The notes beneath the pieces are model-generated. The model was not told where the DNA came from. It ran no database searches and worked only from the letters and a program-made list of their open reading frames with translations. Position numbers and translations under genes: made by a program. Below, piece by piece: positions 16,760 through 26,455 of a stretch of 64,000 nt of DNA; position 1 is the stretch's first letter, and each line of letters starts with the position of its first letter. Source of the stretch: an uncultured Lachnospiraceae bacterium (GTDB lineage Bacteria; Bacillota; Clostridia; Lachnospirales; Lachnospiraceae); assembly GCA_963522175.1 (NCBI GenBank), contig CAUQXC010000002.1:253134-317133 (forward strand), written 5' to 3'.

Positions 16760-18250
16760 TTACCTCCCGTACTTGGGTATGGAAATAAAAAATGACGTTC
16801 CCACACCCTCTTTACTTTCAAGCCTCAATATTCCGAAATGATTTTTTACAATCTGTTTAACATAATAAAGTCCCAGTCCCCAATTATTATTGGTATTCTT
16901 GCTCGTATAAAAAGGCTCAAATATCTTTTTTTGAGTTTTCTTACTCATTCCCGTTCCGCTGTCTTTTAATTCAAAGGTTATATAAAGTCTTTCCTTTTTT
17001 AGATTTATGCTTAAAGCCTCATCCTCCTTGCCGGCTTCCAGCATATTTTCATAGGCATTGGTCAGGATATTGTATATCGCCTCGCACAAGTGTGCCGTAT
17101 CCGCCAGAATATAAGTATTTTGGCAAAGCTTTATATTAAGCTTCGAGTCGGGATACTTTGCTTTAAACATCTCCGAGGACTTTTCAACAACCTCTGAACA
17201 AAGTACGGGCATCAGAGTAAGCTGCTCCGTCCTTATGCTTCTGTATATGGTATCCATTCTTGAAATTATACTTTTATTCACATTTTCAAGAAGCTCCGTA
17301 TTTTTTTTAAGTGCTTCTTTATCGACATTTTCATTTTCAAGCTCTTTTTGAAGCTTTGAAATTAAAATCTTACTTGCCAGAAGCTGATTTTTCATTCCGT
17401 GTACAAAAACGGACAGGCTCTTACTTGCCATATCCATTTTCTTTTGTATGAGTATATCCCCTCTTGTCTCTTCATATTCCATCCCTGAATACGAACCGAG
17501 GTTATAAAAACCGAATACTCCGAAGACTGTTGTAAGACTCGCAACCAAAACCCAATATCTTATATCGCCCCCGAAAATATCGGAATACAACACTCCACCG
17601 TAGCGCATATAATCAACCGCATACATTCTGTATACCTGAATAGGGTCCTGCCTTGAATAAAGCCAGTACATGGTACCCATGCATATTAAAAACAGCATTA
17701 TATATCTGAACTGCTTTTTACAATAAGGTATGGTAATACCCCTGTATTCTATAATCAACAAAAGTAAGGAAATAATCAAATATACCTGTATCTGCAGACT
17801 TGTCAGATTTATCAGTATAAGCTCCAGATGTTTATCCTCCAAAATTGTAAAAATAGAAGGATGATATAAAATAAGGCTGAGTACAGGCAAAAGCATTACC
17901 GTGATATGTCGGAACTTGGCTCGCATAATGGGCGAAAGCATGGAATACTCCAAAGAAAGCATAAGAAAAAAGCCGGGAAACAAAGCTCTGCCTATGGCTA
18001 TCATATATCCGAGCTTCATAAGCGGAAATGCGAGGTATGAGAGCTTTCTCTGTGTGCTTATATCAAAAAACAGAAAAAATTTCTGTTCCATATTTATTCC
18101 GCCGTTTTTTGCCTGAAAAATCATGATACCTATGAACATAAGACAAAAGCTGATACAAAGACAGAGCATCAGCACGGTTTTTATATTCCTTCGCAGGAAA
18201 AAAATAGCTATAGATGAAATCATTATGAAAAAAAGTACAACAAAAAGCAT
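16760..18250 (-). CDS. Sensor histidine kinase with polytopic N-terminal membrane domain
   Basis: 496 aa with about 6-7 TM helices. H-box-like FVHGMKNQL, N-box ILTNAYENM, G1 LKDSGTGM and G2 WGLGLYYV. It lies directly upstream of the response regulator. Confidence 0.85.
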   Translation of the reverse strand: MLFVVLFFIMISSIAIFFLRRNIKTVLMLCLCISFCLMFIGIMIFQAKNGGINMEQKFFLFFDISTQRKLSYLAFPLMKLGYMIAIGRALFPGFFLMLSLEYSMLSPIMRAKFRHITVMLLPVLSLILYHPSIFTILEDKHLELILINLTSLQIQVYLIISLLLLIIEYRGITIPYCKKQFRYIMLFLICMGTMYWLYSRQDPIQVYRMYAVDYMRYGGVLYSDIFGGDIRYWVLVASLTTVFGVFGFYNLGSYSGMEYEETRGDILIQKKMDMASKSLSVFVHGMKNQLLASKILISKLQKELENENVDKEALKKNTELLENVNKSIISRMDTIYRSIRTEQLTLMPVLCSEVVEKSSEMFKAKYPDSKLNIKLCQNTYILADTAHLCEAIYNILTNAYENMLEAGKEDEALSINLKKERLYITFELKDSGTGMSKKTQKKIFEPFYTSKNTNNNWGLGLYYVKQIVKNHFGILRLESKEGVGTSFFISIPKYGR

Positions 18251-18315
18251 ATTTCACCCCCTGCCTACAGTTTATCATACCTCGAACAAATATGCCATTT
18301 TTAGTTTTTTTGTTT

Positions 18316-18383
18316 CAAAAAAAGAGCAGGCTTTAATGATATTCCCCTGTCGTTTAGACAGGGTATATCAAAAGCCGCTCTTT
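18316..18383 (-). terminator. Rho-independent terminator after metQ (compound hairpin)
   Basis: On the minus strand, outer stem AAAGAGCGGCTT/AAGCCTGCTCTTT (one bulge) encloses inner hairpin CCCTGTC-TAAAC-GACAGGG. A T7 run follows. Confidence 0.55.
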
Positions 18384-18408
18384 ATATTTTTAACTTAAAC
18401 CGTTAAGA

Positions 18409-19308
18409 TTAGTTGTCACTAGGTACAACAGCACCCTCATACTTGCTGTTGATGAACTCCTTAATCTCGTCACTCTGTAATACGTTTACAAGTGCCTTAA
18501 TCGCTTCTTCGTTTTCTCTTCCGCTCTTAACAGCAATAATGTTTGCGTAAGTAACAGCTGCAACGCTGTCGGCATCCTCTGTTGCAAGAGCATCCTTTAC
18601 CTTAAAGCCTGCATCTATAGCAAAGTTTCCGTTGATAACCGCTATATCCACATCCTTTATGGATCTTGGAATCTGTGCCGCTTCTATCTCTTTAATATCA
18701 AGATTCTTAGGATTTTCAACTATGTCATTCTTTGTAGCCTCAAGACCTACACCGTCCTTAAGCTTTAACAGTCCCTTATCCGCAAGTAAAAGCAAAGCTC
18801 TTGCCTCATTTGTTACATCGTTAGGAACAGCAACGCTTGCTCCATCCTTAAGGTCTTCAAGACTTTCCGTCTTTCCCTTATATATACCGAACGGCTCATA
18901 GTGAATTGCTCCGGCTGAAACTATGTCGGTACCGTTTTCTTCGTTAAACTGCTCAAGATAAGGTAAATGCTGGAAATAGTTTGCATCTATCTCACCGCTT
19001 TCCGTAGCCTTGTTAGGAAGAACATAGTCGTTAAACACAACGATTTCAAGTTTAATTCCTTCTTTATCAAGAGCTTTCTTTGCCGCTTCCAAAATCTCTG
19101 CGTGAGGTGAAGGGCTTGCACCTACTTTAAGTGTAACAGGCTTATCACTGTCACTTTTTTTAGCCTCACTTGTCTCCTTTTTTTCTTCGGAAACAGCTGT
19201 TGTTTCCTCTTTTTTAGCCTCGCTTGACTGTGAATTGTTTGCTCCCGAGCTGCATGCAGCCAAAAGTGTCAATGCCGCTACCGCTGCAAATAAAAATCTC
19301 TTTTTCAT
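18409..19308 (-). CDS. metQ: Methionine ABC transporter substrate-binding lipoprotein
   Basis: 299 aa. Lipobox LLAAC, S/E/K-rich linker, NlpA/MetQ-type body (TLKVGASPSPHAEILE...). Last gene of a metN-metI-metQ arrangement. Confidence 0.85.
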   Translation of the reverse strand: MKKRFLFAAVAALTLLAACSSGANNSQSSEAKKEETTAVSEEKKETSEAKKSDSDKPVTLKVGASPSPHAEILEAAKKALDKEGIKLEIVVFNDYVLPNKATESGEIDANYFQHLPYLEQFNEENGTDIVSAGAIHYEPFGIYKGKTESLEDLKDGASVAVPNDVTNEARALLLLADKGLLKLKDGVGLEATKNDIVENPKNLDIKEIEAAQIPRSIKDVDIAVINGNFAIDAGFKVKDALATEDADSVAAVTYANIIAVKSGRENEEAIKALVNVLQSDEIKEFINSKYEGAVVPSDN

Positions 19309-19360
19309 AATATTTTTTCTCCTCTGATTTTTTTTATATAGTAAACGCCTCGGCGTATTG

Positions 19361-20071
19361 CTATTTACTTCTTTTATCGCTTATCTTTGCGGATCTCATC
19401 CAAAATTCCTGAATAAGCTGAACTATAACTATCAAAATAATGACCGTTATAAACATTATTTCCGTCTGATATCTGTAATATCCGTAGTTTACGGCTATGG
19501 TTCCCAGTCCTCCGCCTCCAGCAAAGCCCGACATTGCGGAATATCCCAGTATGGTCGTCATACTGATTGCCGCTCCCACAAGTAAAGACGGCTTCGCTTC
19601 CGGCAAAAGAACCTTGTATATTATCTGAAGGTTTGAAGCTCCCATTGATTTTGCCGCCTCAATCACTCCCGAGTCCACTTCCTTTAAAGAGGACTCAACC
19701 ATTCTTGCAAGAAACGGTGCCGCACTGATAACAAGCGGAGGTATAACCGCCGTAGGCCCTATAGTGGTTCCCACTATAGCTCTCGTAACAGGCATTACCA
19801 TAACAAGAAGGATTATAAAGGGCACTGACCTGAGTATATTTATCACAAGCCCCAAAATAAAGTTAAGACTCCTCATAGGTTTTATACCGTCTTTATCGCT
19901 TACGACCAAAAAAATTCCGAGCGGTATGCCGATAGCATAGGCTATGAAAGAAGAAACAAAAACCATGTATATCGTTTCACCTATACCTGTAAAAAGCATA
20001 TCCACCGTTGTCTCCGAGGTAGGGAAAAACATGTTTAAAAAGTTTGCTACGACTTGTGATACGATAAACAT
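19361..20071 (-). CDS. metI: Methionine ABC transporter permease
   Basis: 236 aa with EAA loop SLKEVDSGVIEAAKSMGASNLQIIYKVLLPEAKP. Its start overlaps the metN stop. Confidence 0.85.
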   Translation of the reverse strand: MFIVSQVVANFLNMFFPTSETTVDMLFTGIGETIYMVFVSSFIAYAIGIPLGIFLVVSDKDGIKPMRSLNFILGLVINILRSVPFIILLVMVMPVTRAIVGTTIGPTAVIPPLVISAAPFLARMVESSLKEVDSGVIEAAKSMGASNLQIIYKVLLPEAKPSLLVGAAISMTTILGYSAMSGFAGGGGLGTIAVNYGYYRYQTEIMFITVIILIVIVQLIQEFWMRSAKISDKRSK

Positions 20072-21069
20072 TATTCCACCTCCTCAAATGTTACTTTTTT
20101 ACTCATAAGATAATTGTAGACTTTATTATAATCCATTTCATTGTCGGGAAGCTGTATGATCATCTGACCGTGGGCACTCCCCTGCAAGTCATTTGTTTTT
20201 GCGTACAATATGTTGACGGGAACCTTAGTTGAAAATATAAGATTTGCGATAACAGGCTCAAAGGAGCTTCTGCCGTCAAATATTATCCTAAGTTTTCTTC
20301 CGCCCTCTATGCGCAGATTTTCATTTGCCTCTCCCAAAATAAGCTGCCTGCCTATGTCCGACTTAGGGTCCGCGAAAATATCCGAAACCTTGCCGCACTC
20401 CGCTATTCTTGCATTATCTATTATGGCAACTCTGTCGCATACGGATTCTATAACTTTCATCTCATGGGTAATAACTATAACCGTTATTTTGAATTTTTTA
20501 TTTATGTCTTTTATAAGCTCCAATATCTGCTTTGTCGTGTTGGGGTCAAGTGCCGAAGTCGCCTCATCGCAAAGTAACACCTTGGGATTGGTGGCTATGG
20601 CTCTTGCTATCGCAACTCTTTGTTTTTGTCCTCCGGAAAGCATTGAAGGGTAGTCCTTTTCTTTTTCCGAAAGTCCTACGAGCTTTAAAAGCTCTCTCGC
20701 CTTTTGAAGCGCCTCTTCTCTTTTAACTCCGGCAATTTCGAGGGGGAAGCAAATATTATCTATTATATTTCTCTGTGACAAAAGATTAAACGACTGGAAA
20801 ATCATTCCCATTTCCTGTCTTGTTTTTCTTATGTCTTTCTCCTTCATCTTGGTAAGGTCTTTGCCTTCAAAAATCACGGAACCGGCACTAGGTACCTCCA
20901 AATAGTTTATACATCTTACCAAAGTGGACTTTCCCGCACCGCTAAGTCCGATAATTCCGAATATTTCGCCTCTTTCTATATCCAGGTTGATTCCGTCAAG
21001 CGCCGTCAGCACATTATTTTTAGTTTGAAATTTCTTGACCATATCAACAATCCTGATGATAGGCTCCAT
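20071..21069 (-). CDS. metN: Methionine ABC transporter ATP-binding protein
   Basis: Walker A GLSGAGKST, signature LSGGQKQRVAIARA, Walker B LLCDEATSALD, and a C-terminal NIL-type regulatory domain (332 aa total). Confidence 0.9.
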   Translation of the reverse strand: MEPIIRIVDMVKKFQTKNNVLTALDGINLDIERGEIFGIIGLSGAGKSTLVRCINYLEVPSAGSVIFEGKDLTKMKEKDIRKTRQEMGMIFQSFNLLSQRNIIDNICFPLEIAGVKREEALQKARELLKLVGLSEKEKDYPSMLSGGQKQRVAIARAIATNPKVLLCDEATSALDPNTTKQILELIKDINKKFKITVIVITHEMKVIESVCDRVAIIDNARIAECGKVSDIFADPKSDIGRQLILGEANENLRIEGGRKLRIIFDGRSSFEPVIANLIFSTKVPVNILYAKTNDLQGSAHGQMIIQLPDNEMDYNKVYNYLMSKKVTFEEVE

Positions 21070-21126
21070 ATTATCTCCTCCTCAAGCTCACATACTCATT
21101 GTATACATGTAAATTGTATGCTCCAT

Positions 21127-21155
21127 ATTTTATATTCACTTTCTGTTATAGTCAA
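21127..21155 (-). promoter_or_regulatory. Putative sigma-A promoter of metNIQ
   Basis: Minus strand reads TTGACT, a 17-nt spacer, then TAAAAT, about 55 nt upstream of the metN ATG. No S-box or T-box leader is visible in between. Confidence 0.5.
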
Positions 21156-21213
21156 TACCTTTGCATATCCTTGTTTTTTATACTTAGATATAGTTTTTAG
21201 CTATATCTAAGCT

Positions 21214-22614
21214 TTATGAACATAAGTCAACTATAACCTGTGCAAATATTTTCGCCGAAACAACAAGCTCGTCTATAGGCATAAACTCATCCGCTCCGTG
21301 CATTCTTGTATCTGTTTCCGGGAATACCGCACCGAAAGCTACACCGTTTTTAATGTTATGTACATAAGTACCGCCGCCTATCGCTATGCACTCTCCCTTT
21401 CTTCCCGTATACTCCTCATAGCACTTATTCAAGGTTCTTACAAAATCCGAATTCGCATCAACCTCATGAGGATTTTGCATAGTTGTATTTGTAAATTCCA
21501 AACCTATACTTTGGAATTTTTCTCTACAGGTTTTAAGAGTCTTTTCCGGATCTGTAGAAACAGGGCATCTGGAATCGAAGTATCCGTCAAGCCCCTTCTC
21601 ATCAAGCTCAAGCATAGAAAAGGCAAGGGTTAAGCTTCCGCTTTTTTCATCGCTTACAGCTATTCCCAAATCAGTTCCGTCAGTCTGTCCGTGAGGCATA
21701 AGCTTTATAAGACCTTTAATCGCATCTACTCTCTTTGACGGTGCAAACTCAAGTCTTGATAAAAGTGTCAAAAGACCCGTTATAGCATTGTTTCCTTTAT
21801 GAGGTGTGGATGCATGTGCATTCGCTCCGAAAGCGGTTACTGAAAACTCGGGTTCCAAATCAAAAACAAACTTTATTCCCGTTTCCTTTTCCACTTCGTC
21901 CGCAAGCTTTTCAACCGCCTTAAAATCAAAGCCTTCCAAAACAGCCATAGCCTTAGGAGGAACTACGTTTATTTTTGTTCCCGCCTTGATGCTTACAAGC
22001 CTCGGAAGCTTATCCTCCAAAGGCAGACTTCCTATAAAATGTCCGTCAAGTCTTCCCTTCTCTATATTAACGACAGGATACTCTCCGTCCGGAGTAAAGG
22101 TCATAGGTGCTTCTTTTTCTATCTTGTAGTAATGCGCTATACAGGAGCTTCCGCATTCCTCGTCCGTTCCCAATATAAGTCTTACATTTTTCTTTAAAGG
22201 TATGTTAAGATCCTTTACAGCCTTAAGTGCATAGAGGGCAGCCACTGCCGGTCCCTTGTCGTCGCTCGTTCCTCTTCCGAATATCTTTCCGTCCTTTACT
22301 ATAGGGTCAAAAGGCTTTGTTTCAGTCCAGCCCTCTCCTTCGGGCACTACGTCAAGGTGAGCGAGAATATCAAGCCCTCTCTCCTTATCGTTTAAGTCCA
22401 CGGCTCCTACGTAATTGTCATAATTTCTTACCGCAAAACCGTAATTACCCGCCATTTCAAGAGCTATATGAAGGGCTCTTGCCGGACCTTCTCCAAAAGG
22501 CATACCCTCTTTATAAGCAGTTTTCTGGCTGTCAATTCTACATAAGCTTATGACATCGTCTATCATCTCCTGCTTATGCTCTTCAACATATTTTTCAATT
22601 TCTTCTCTGTACAT
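21214..22614 (-). CDS. M20-family dipeptidase (PepV/Sapep-like)
   Basis: 466 aa. Contains ILAHLDVVPEGEGW...GRGTSDDKGP, the metal-binding motifs of the M20A family. The length is typical of PepV. Confidence 0.8.
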   Translation of the reverse strand: MYREEIEKYVEEHKQEMIDDVISLCRIDSQKTAYKEGMPFGEGPARALHIALEMAGNYGFAVRNYDNYVGAVDLNDKERGLDILAHLDVVPEGEGWTETKPFDPIVKDGKIFGRGTSDDKGPAVAALYALKAVKDLNIPLKKNVRLILGTDEECGSSCIAHYYKIEKEAPMTFTPDGEYPVVNIEKGRLDGHFIGSLPLEDKLPRLVSIKAGTKINVVPPKAMAVLEGFDFKAVEKLADEVEKETGIKFVFDLEPEFSVTAFGANAHASTPHKGNNAITGLLTLLSRLEFAPSKRVDAIKGLIKLMPHGQTDGTDLGIAVSDEKSGSLTLAFSMLELDEKGLDGYFDSRCPVSTDPEKTLKTCREKFQSIGLEFTNTTMQNPHEVDANSDFVRTLNKCYEEYTGRKGECIAIGGGTYVHNIKNGVAFGAVFPETDTRMHGADEFMPIDELVVSAKIFAQVIVDLCS

Positions 22615-22635
22615 TTCTTATACCTCCCAAAATAA

Positions 22636-24225
22636 TTAATTTCTGCCGAACTCACTTAATTTTAAGTCCGGATTTCTTTCTTCCACCATTCTGATACTCC
22701 ACTCATTTATGAATATGAGTAAAGGATTATCCTTTAAGTCCTTAATCCTCTTCATATCACTTGTACCGCTTATCTTTGAAACATCAATTTCATGCGGATT
22801 TTCTATCCATCTTATATATTCATAAGGCAGCTTTTCAAGTTTTACATCAACATTGTATTCGCTCTCAAGTCTGTAGGTTAAAACCTCAAACTGCAAGACT
22901 CCGACCACTCCCACTATTATTTCTTCCATACCGGTGTTAAACTCTTGGAAAATCTGAATAGCTCCTTCCTGAGCAATCTGGTATATACCCTTTATAAACT
23001 GCTTACGCTTCATTGTATCTACCTGTCTTACTCTTGCAAAATGCTCCGGTGCAAAGGTAGGAATACCTTCAAACTCGATTTTTGAAGGACTGTCAGTAAT
23101 GGTATCGCCTATGGAAAAAATCCCCGGATCAAATACACCTATAATATCGCCGGCAAATGCCTTTTCCACTATTTTTCTTTCATCCGCCATCATCTGAGTT
23201 GAGCGATTAAGTCTGATTTTTTTCGCTCCCTGTATATGATTTACTTCTATTCCCGGCAAATACTCTCCCGAACATATACGCATAAAGGCTATCCTGTCCC
23301 TGTGCGCCTTGTTCATATTCGCCTGAATCTTAAAGACAAAAGCCGAAAAAAACTCATCCTTCATTGGGTCGACTTTGCCTTCCTTGGTTCTCCTTGAAAG
23401 CGGTGAGCTTGTCATTTCAAGGAAATACTTAAGGAATAAATCCACTCCGAAATTTGTAAGTGCCGAACCGAAAAATACGGGGCTGAGCTTTCCCTGCGAA
23501 ACCTTTTCTATATCAAGCTCATCCGCCGCACCGTCCAAAAGCTCTATATCTTCCAGAAGCTTTTCATAGTTCGTCTCTCCTATTACATTTTTTACATCCT
23601 TGTCTTCAAGTCCCACGATACTCGTTTCAAGCTCTTTCATACCTGCAAGGCTTGCCGTATATGAGTGTATCTCTTTTTTTCTTCTGTCATACACTCCTTT
23701 AAAATTCTTACCGCAGGATATAGGCCAGTTTACCGGGCAGGTTCTTATACCCAAAACATCCTCTATGTCGTCCATAAGTTCAAAAGGATCCCCGGCCTCC
23801 CTGTCAAGCTTATTTATAAATGTGAAAATAGGGATATTTCTCATCACACATACCTTAAAAAGCTTTATGGTCTGTTCCTCCACACCCTTACTTGCATCTA
23901 TAACCATCACCGCCGAATCGGCAGCCATAAGCGTTCTGTATGTATCCTCCGAGAAATCCTGATGTCCCGGGGTATCAAGTATATTTATACAGAAGCCGTC
24001 ATAGTTAAACTGCATAACCGAAGATGTTACCGAAATTCCTCTTTCCTTTTCTATCTCCATCCAGTCGCTGACCGCATGCTTTCCGGTCTTTTTTCCCTTT
24101 ACGCTGCCGGCTAGGTTTATAGCTCCTCCGTACAGCAAAAATTTCTCCGTCAATGTAGTCTTTCCCGCATCGGGGTGGCTTATAATGGCAAAGGTACGTC
24201 TCTTTTTTATTTCATCAAAATCCAA
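22636..24225 (-). CDS. prfC: Peptide chain release factor 3
   Basis: 529 aa. GTPase motifs AIISHPDAGKTT, DTPGHQDF and NKLD. TTG start with GGAGG 8 nt upstream. Confidence 0.9.
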   Translation of the reverse strand: MDFDEIKKRRTFAIISHPDAGKTTLTEKFLLYGGAINLAGSVKGKKTGKHAVSDWMEIEKERGISVTSSVMQFNYDGFCINILDTPGHQDFSEDTYRTLMAADSAVMVIDASKGVEEQTIKLFKVCVMRNIPIFTFINKLDREAGDPFELMDDIEDVLGIRTCPVNWPISCGKNFKGVYDRRKKEIHSYTASLAGMKELETSIVGLEDKDVKNVIGETNYEKLLEDIELLDGAADELDIEKVSQGKLSPVFFGSALTNFGVDLFLKYFLEMTSSPLSRRTKEGKVDPMKDEFFSAFVFKIQANMNKAHRDRIAFMRICSGEYLPGIEVNHIQGAKKIRLNRSTQMMADERKIVEKAFAGDIIGVFDPGIFSIGDTITDSPSKIEFEGIPTFAPEHFARVRQVDTMKRKQFIKGIYQIAQEGAIQIFQEFNTGMEEIIVGVVGVLQFEVLTYRLESEYNVDVKLEKLPYEYIRWIENPHEIDVSKISGTSDMKRIKDLKDNPLLIFINEWSIRMVEERNPDLKLSEFGRN

Positions 24226-24352
24226 ATTTTATTCCTCCGTCTAAGGATAATTTTTCTTAATACTTTCAAACTCTTATAATACTTCAAAAAGCCTTCTGTT
24301 ACAAGCTATATTTCCCAAAGAAATGCCGATTCAGTCGGACTGCATGAATTTA

Positions 24353-25174
24353 TCAGCTTAATTCCAAAGAATCCGAAATATAAAAATAATATTTATTTTC
24401 ATTACAATATTTTTCAATTTCTTTTTTCAACTTCTCATCAGCCGTATATTCCAGCAAGTATATATCGAGCTTCTTCTCCCTACAGTAACCAAGATAGTCC
24501 GTATAATAGCTCTTTACCTCCTCATCCGCCTTTTTAAACTCGGAGTTTTCAAAATCAATGGCTGTAAAAACGGTCTCCTGATTAACTCCCTTTACTATAG
24601 GACTTAAGCGCCCTTCCTCCAAAGCTTTTTTTACGAATTCATCTCCTCCGTTTATGATTAAAGGAAGCCCCGGCTCCGATAAAGAATCCAGAATATCCGC
24701 TACAGCTTCATATATCTCATCATTTTTATAATTTGAATACACGTCCGTATTATCTATAAAAAAACCGTCCACACCTTTTTCTTTATACTCTTTTGCAAGC
24801 TTTAAAATATGCTCTTGCCACTCTTTTTTTCTTACATCCACCCAATGCTCCTCTTCCCAGTTTTCATAAGCTCCCATGCTTATATCTTTGAAGTTTTCAT
24901 AAAAATCTCTAAACTCCTCAACCGAGCCTATATTCAGATAGGTGTAGACCTTTTTATTATTGTTTTTGTGTAAAGCCTCTATATCGTTCTTATCAAGATT
25001 ATATGCCTCTACTATAAGCAAATCGTAGTTTTCTTTTTTTAGGGTCTCTTCCCTTGATGCTCCTATGAATACTCCGTAGCTTTTTGAGGCTTCCGATTTA
25101 TCCGAGCGACAGGCGGATAAGAGAAAAATACATATAAATACTATAAATATCGTCTTAACTTTATTCATGCTCAT
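24353..25174 (-). CDS. Exported lipoprotein, probable glycoside hydrolase family 114-like (endo-alpha-1,4-polygalactosaminidase-like)
   Basis: 273 aa. Lipobox LLSAC. TIM-barrel-like blocks DLLIVEAY, YLNIGSVEEFRDFY, HWVDVRKKEW and GVDGFFIDNTDVY resemble the GH114/TM1410 family. This is recognition from memory only. Confidence 0.5.
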   Translation of the reverse strand: MSMNKVKTIFIVFICIFLLSACRSDKSEASKSYGVFIGASREETLKKENYDLLIVEAYNLDKNDIEALHKNNNKKVYTYLNIGSVEEFRDFYENFKDISMGAYENWEEEHWVDVRKKEWQEHILKLAKEYKEKGVDGFFIDNTDVYSNYKNDEIYEAVADILDSLSEPGLPLIINGGDEFVKKALEEGRLSPIVKGVNQETVFTAIDFENSEFKKADEEVKSYYTDYLGYCREKKLDIYLLEYTADEKLKKEIEKYCNENKYYFYISDSLELS

Positions 25175-26363
25175 TACCTTTCATTTTTATGAAATCAAGT
25201 ATTTTATGGGCAAGTTCGCTTTTACTCATCAAACTTAAACTTTGGATATCATCCTTTGTTATGATACTTGCCACATTGGTATCCGTTCCGAATCCCGCTC
25301 CCTCTGTTTTCAGATTGTTCGCCACTATCATATCGAGCTTCTTTTTTTCCAGTTTTTTTCTTGAATTTTCGAGCAGATTTTCCGTTTCCATGGAAAAACC
25401 GCACAAGAACTGCCTGCCTTTTTTGTGCTCTCCCAGATAAGCCAAAATATCATCCGTTCTTTCAAGTTCTATGTACATTTCTTCATCCGTCTTTTTCACC
25501 TTGTTTTCGGCTATATTTTTCGGTCTGTAATCGGCAACCGCCGCCGCCTTTATTATTATATCCGCTTCATCGGCACGGGAAATAACTTCCCTGTACATAT
25601 CCTTTGCACTGATAATATTCACGGTTTCTATACCCTTTACAACTCTTTCACCGGTTTTGCCCAAAACAAGGCTCACCTTTGCCCCTCTGTAATATGCCGC
25701 TTTAGCAAGTTCTATACCCATTTTTCCGCTGCTGTGATTGCTTATGAATCTGACCGGATCTACGGCTTCCATGGTAGGTCCCGCCGTAACGAGAACCTTT
25801 TTTCCCGACAAATCCTTTTCATAGGCAGTGTGATACTCTATCCTGTCATATATTTCATAAGGCTCCGGCATTTTTCCCGCACCCGTGTCTCCGCAGGCGA
25901 GGTATCCGCTTGCCGCTTCCATAACATCAAAGCCATAATTCTCAAGCCTTAAAATATTGTCCTTTACTATGGGATTTTCATACATTCTCGTATTCATGGC
26001 AGGTACCACAAGCTTTTTGCATGTACATGCGAGGGCCACCGTACTGAGCATATCATCCGCCAAACCGCAAGCAAGCTTAGCTACAATATCGGCACTCGCA
26101 GGAGCGACCACAAGTATATCCGCTTCCTTTGCAAGTTCTATATGCTCAACTTTAAATTCAAAATTCCTGTCAAAAGTATCCGTAAAGCACTTGTTACCCG
26201 TCAAGCTTTCAAAAGTCAGAGGGCTTATAAACTTTGTCGCATTTTCCGTCATTATGACTTTTACTCTCGCTCCCGCCTTTTTAAGTCTGCTTGCAAGCTC
26301 GGCCGCCTTATATGCCGCTATTCCGCCGCTTACACCTAAAAGTATACATTTATCCTTCAACAT
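25161..26363 (-). CDS. coaBC: Bifunctional phosphopantothenoylcysteine decarboxylase / phosphopantothenate-cysteine ligase
   Basis: 400 aa. N-terminal flavoprotein domain (LLGVSGGIAAYKA, PAMN) and C-terminal DFP domain (ISNHSSGKMG, AAAVADYRP). Confidence 0.9.
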   Translation of the reverse strand: MLKDKCILLGVSGGIAAYKAAELASRLKKAGARVKVIMTENATKFISPLTFESLTGNKCFTDTFDRNFEFKVEHIELAKEADILVVAPASADIVAKLACGLADDMLSTVALACTCKKLVVPAMNTRMYENPIVKDNILRLENYGFDVMEAASGYLACGDTGAGKMPEPYEIYDRIEYHTAYEKDLSGKKVLVTAGPTMEAVDPVRFISNHSSGKMGIELAKAAYYRGAKVSLVLGKTGERVVKGIETVNIISAKDMYREVISRADEADIIIKAAAVADYRPKNIAENKVKKTDEEMYIELERTDDILAYLGEHKKGRQFLCGFSMETENLLENSRKKLEKKKLDMIVANNLKTEGAGFGTDTNVASIITKDDIQSLSLMSKSELAHKILDFIKMKGNEHE

Positions 26364-26455
26364 AGGATTTTCCCCCTTTTACTTTTTTCTTTTATATTTA
26401 CAACGAATATGCTACACTATATTAGCATATTTAACAAATGAAAGGAATATTTATT

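Noticed and set aside
21183-21211. Perfect 11-bp hairpin CTTAGATATAG-(7 nt)-CTATATCTAAG immediately after the dipeptidase stop codon, considered as its terminator.
   Set aside because: On the transcribed (minus) strand the hairpin is followed by an A-rich tract rather than a U-rich one. The T-run lies on the wrong side. It is therefore not a canonical intrinsic terminator and may be an RNA stability element or nothing.
21070-21213. I looked for an S-box (SAM-I) riboswitch or Met T-box upstream of metN. I also looked for T-box leaders upstream of tyrS (53455-53576) and cysS.
   Set aside because: The leaders are too short. The conserved S-box (GAGGGA...GCAACC) and T-box (AGGGTGGNACCGCG) blocks are absent. 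Only simple promoters are visible.
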